Source: Gordius albopunctatus
Taxonomy: Eukaryota
DNA: 64,000 nucleotides
Assembly: GCA_964276515.1 (NCBI GenBank)
Contig: OZ193909.1
Coordinates: 3,658,001 to 3,722,000 of the forward strand
Direction of reading: 5' to 3'
The position numbers and the translations under genes were made by a program. The notes beneath the pieces are model-generated. The model was not told where the DNA came from and ran no database searches. It saw only the letters and a list, made by a program, of their open reading frames with translations. The stretch's first letter is position 1. Every line of letters starts with the position of its first letter. Of the stretch, positions 63,601 through 64,000 are shown in pieces.

Positions 63601-64000
63601 ATAAATTACACAAAGCTATAAGGGTATATGTAAAAAATAATAAGCCATGTTATGATATTTTTTGGGCGTTAAGTTGAAGCCATTCTTTTATTGGATCGGA
63701 TGTTGACTTCTAGAAAAATAGAATAATATTTATTGGTTTCTTAATTTATTTAACTAATAGTTTTTATGATGCTCTGAGATCAACAGCGAAACTTGTATAG
63801 CTTTCAACACACCCGATCTATAGTGAAACAAGTAGATACGGTGCACTTTTGAGGAATTTGATTTGCAAAATGCTCGACTCTGGTCTATTTTTAAAATTTC
63901 GACTAAGTCTAGAGGTCGACTAAGGAGAACAGACCAAAAAACCTTTGGTTTGTTTATGTTTAATCCACTAAAACCGAAGGTCGACCAAATAAAACCCACC
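54652..64000 (+). repeat. apparently identical copy of 44287-53635 (partial LTR element, serpin pseudogene, hairpin, solo LTR, CRE, MITE)
   Basis: All ORF-track entries recur at a constant offset of 10365 with identical translations; the copy begins exactly at the gap edge. Confidence 0.95.

Overview
AT-rich eukaryotic (apparently metazoan) scaffold made almost entirely of nested transposable elements. The organism cannot be identified from the sequence, but it uses very short (30-40 nt) GT-AG introns. Retroelements: CRE-type non-LTR elements, four RTE-clade LINE copies, two Ty3/Gypsy elements (one complete, with ~100-bp LTRs and a 5-bp TSD, hosting a Helitron and an RTE), and a young RT-less LTR element. 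DNA elements: two Helitrons, an intron-containing Ginger/GIN-like integrase, hAT relics, a TA-flanked MITE, and an apparently intact intron-rich THAP/P-element transposase inserted in a hAT. Host-derived sequence: one intact RCC1-repeat (RCCD1-like) gene, serpin pseudogene copies and a degraded EGF/DSL-like fragment. 54652-64000 appears identical to 44287-53635 across a 200-N gap and is probably an assembly artefact. The most unusual items are (i) the RT-less LTR element (485-bp LTRs, tRNA-Lys PBS, GTCAT TSD), whose interior encodes CCHC knuckles in frame with a long hydrophobic/polybasic ORF instead of pol; (ii) a hairpin insertion in the serpin that carries hammerhead-ribozyme-like cores and could splice out as a new intron; and (iii) the mini-intron-rich P element. 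All calls are manual readings of the sequence; no searches were run.
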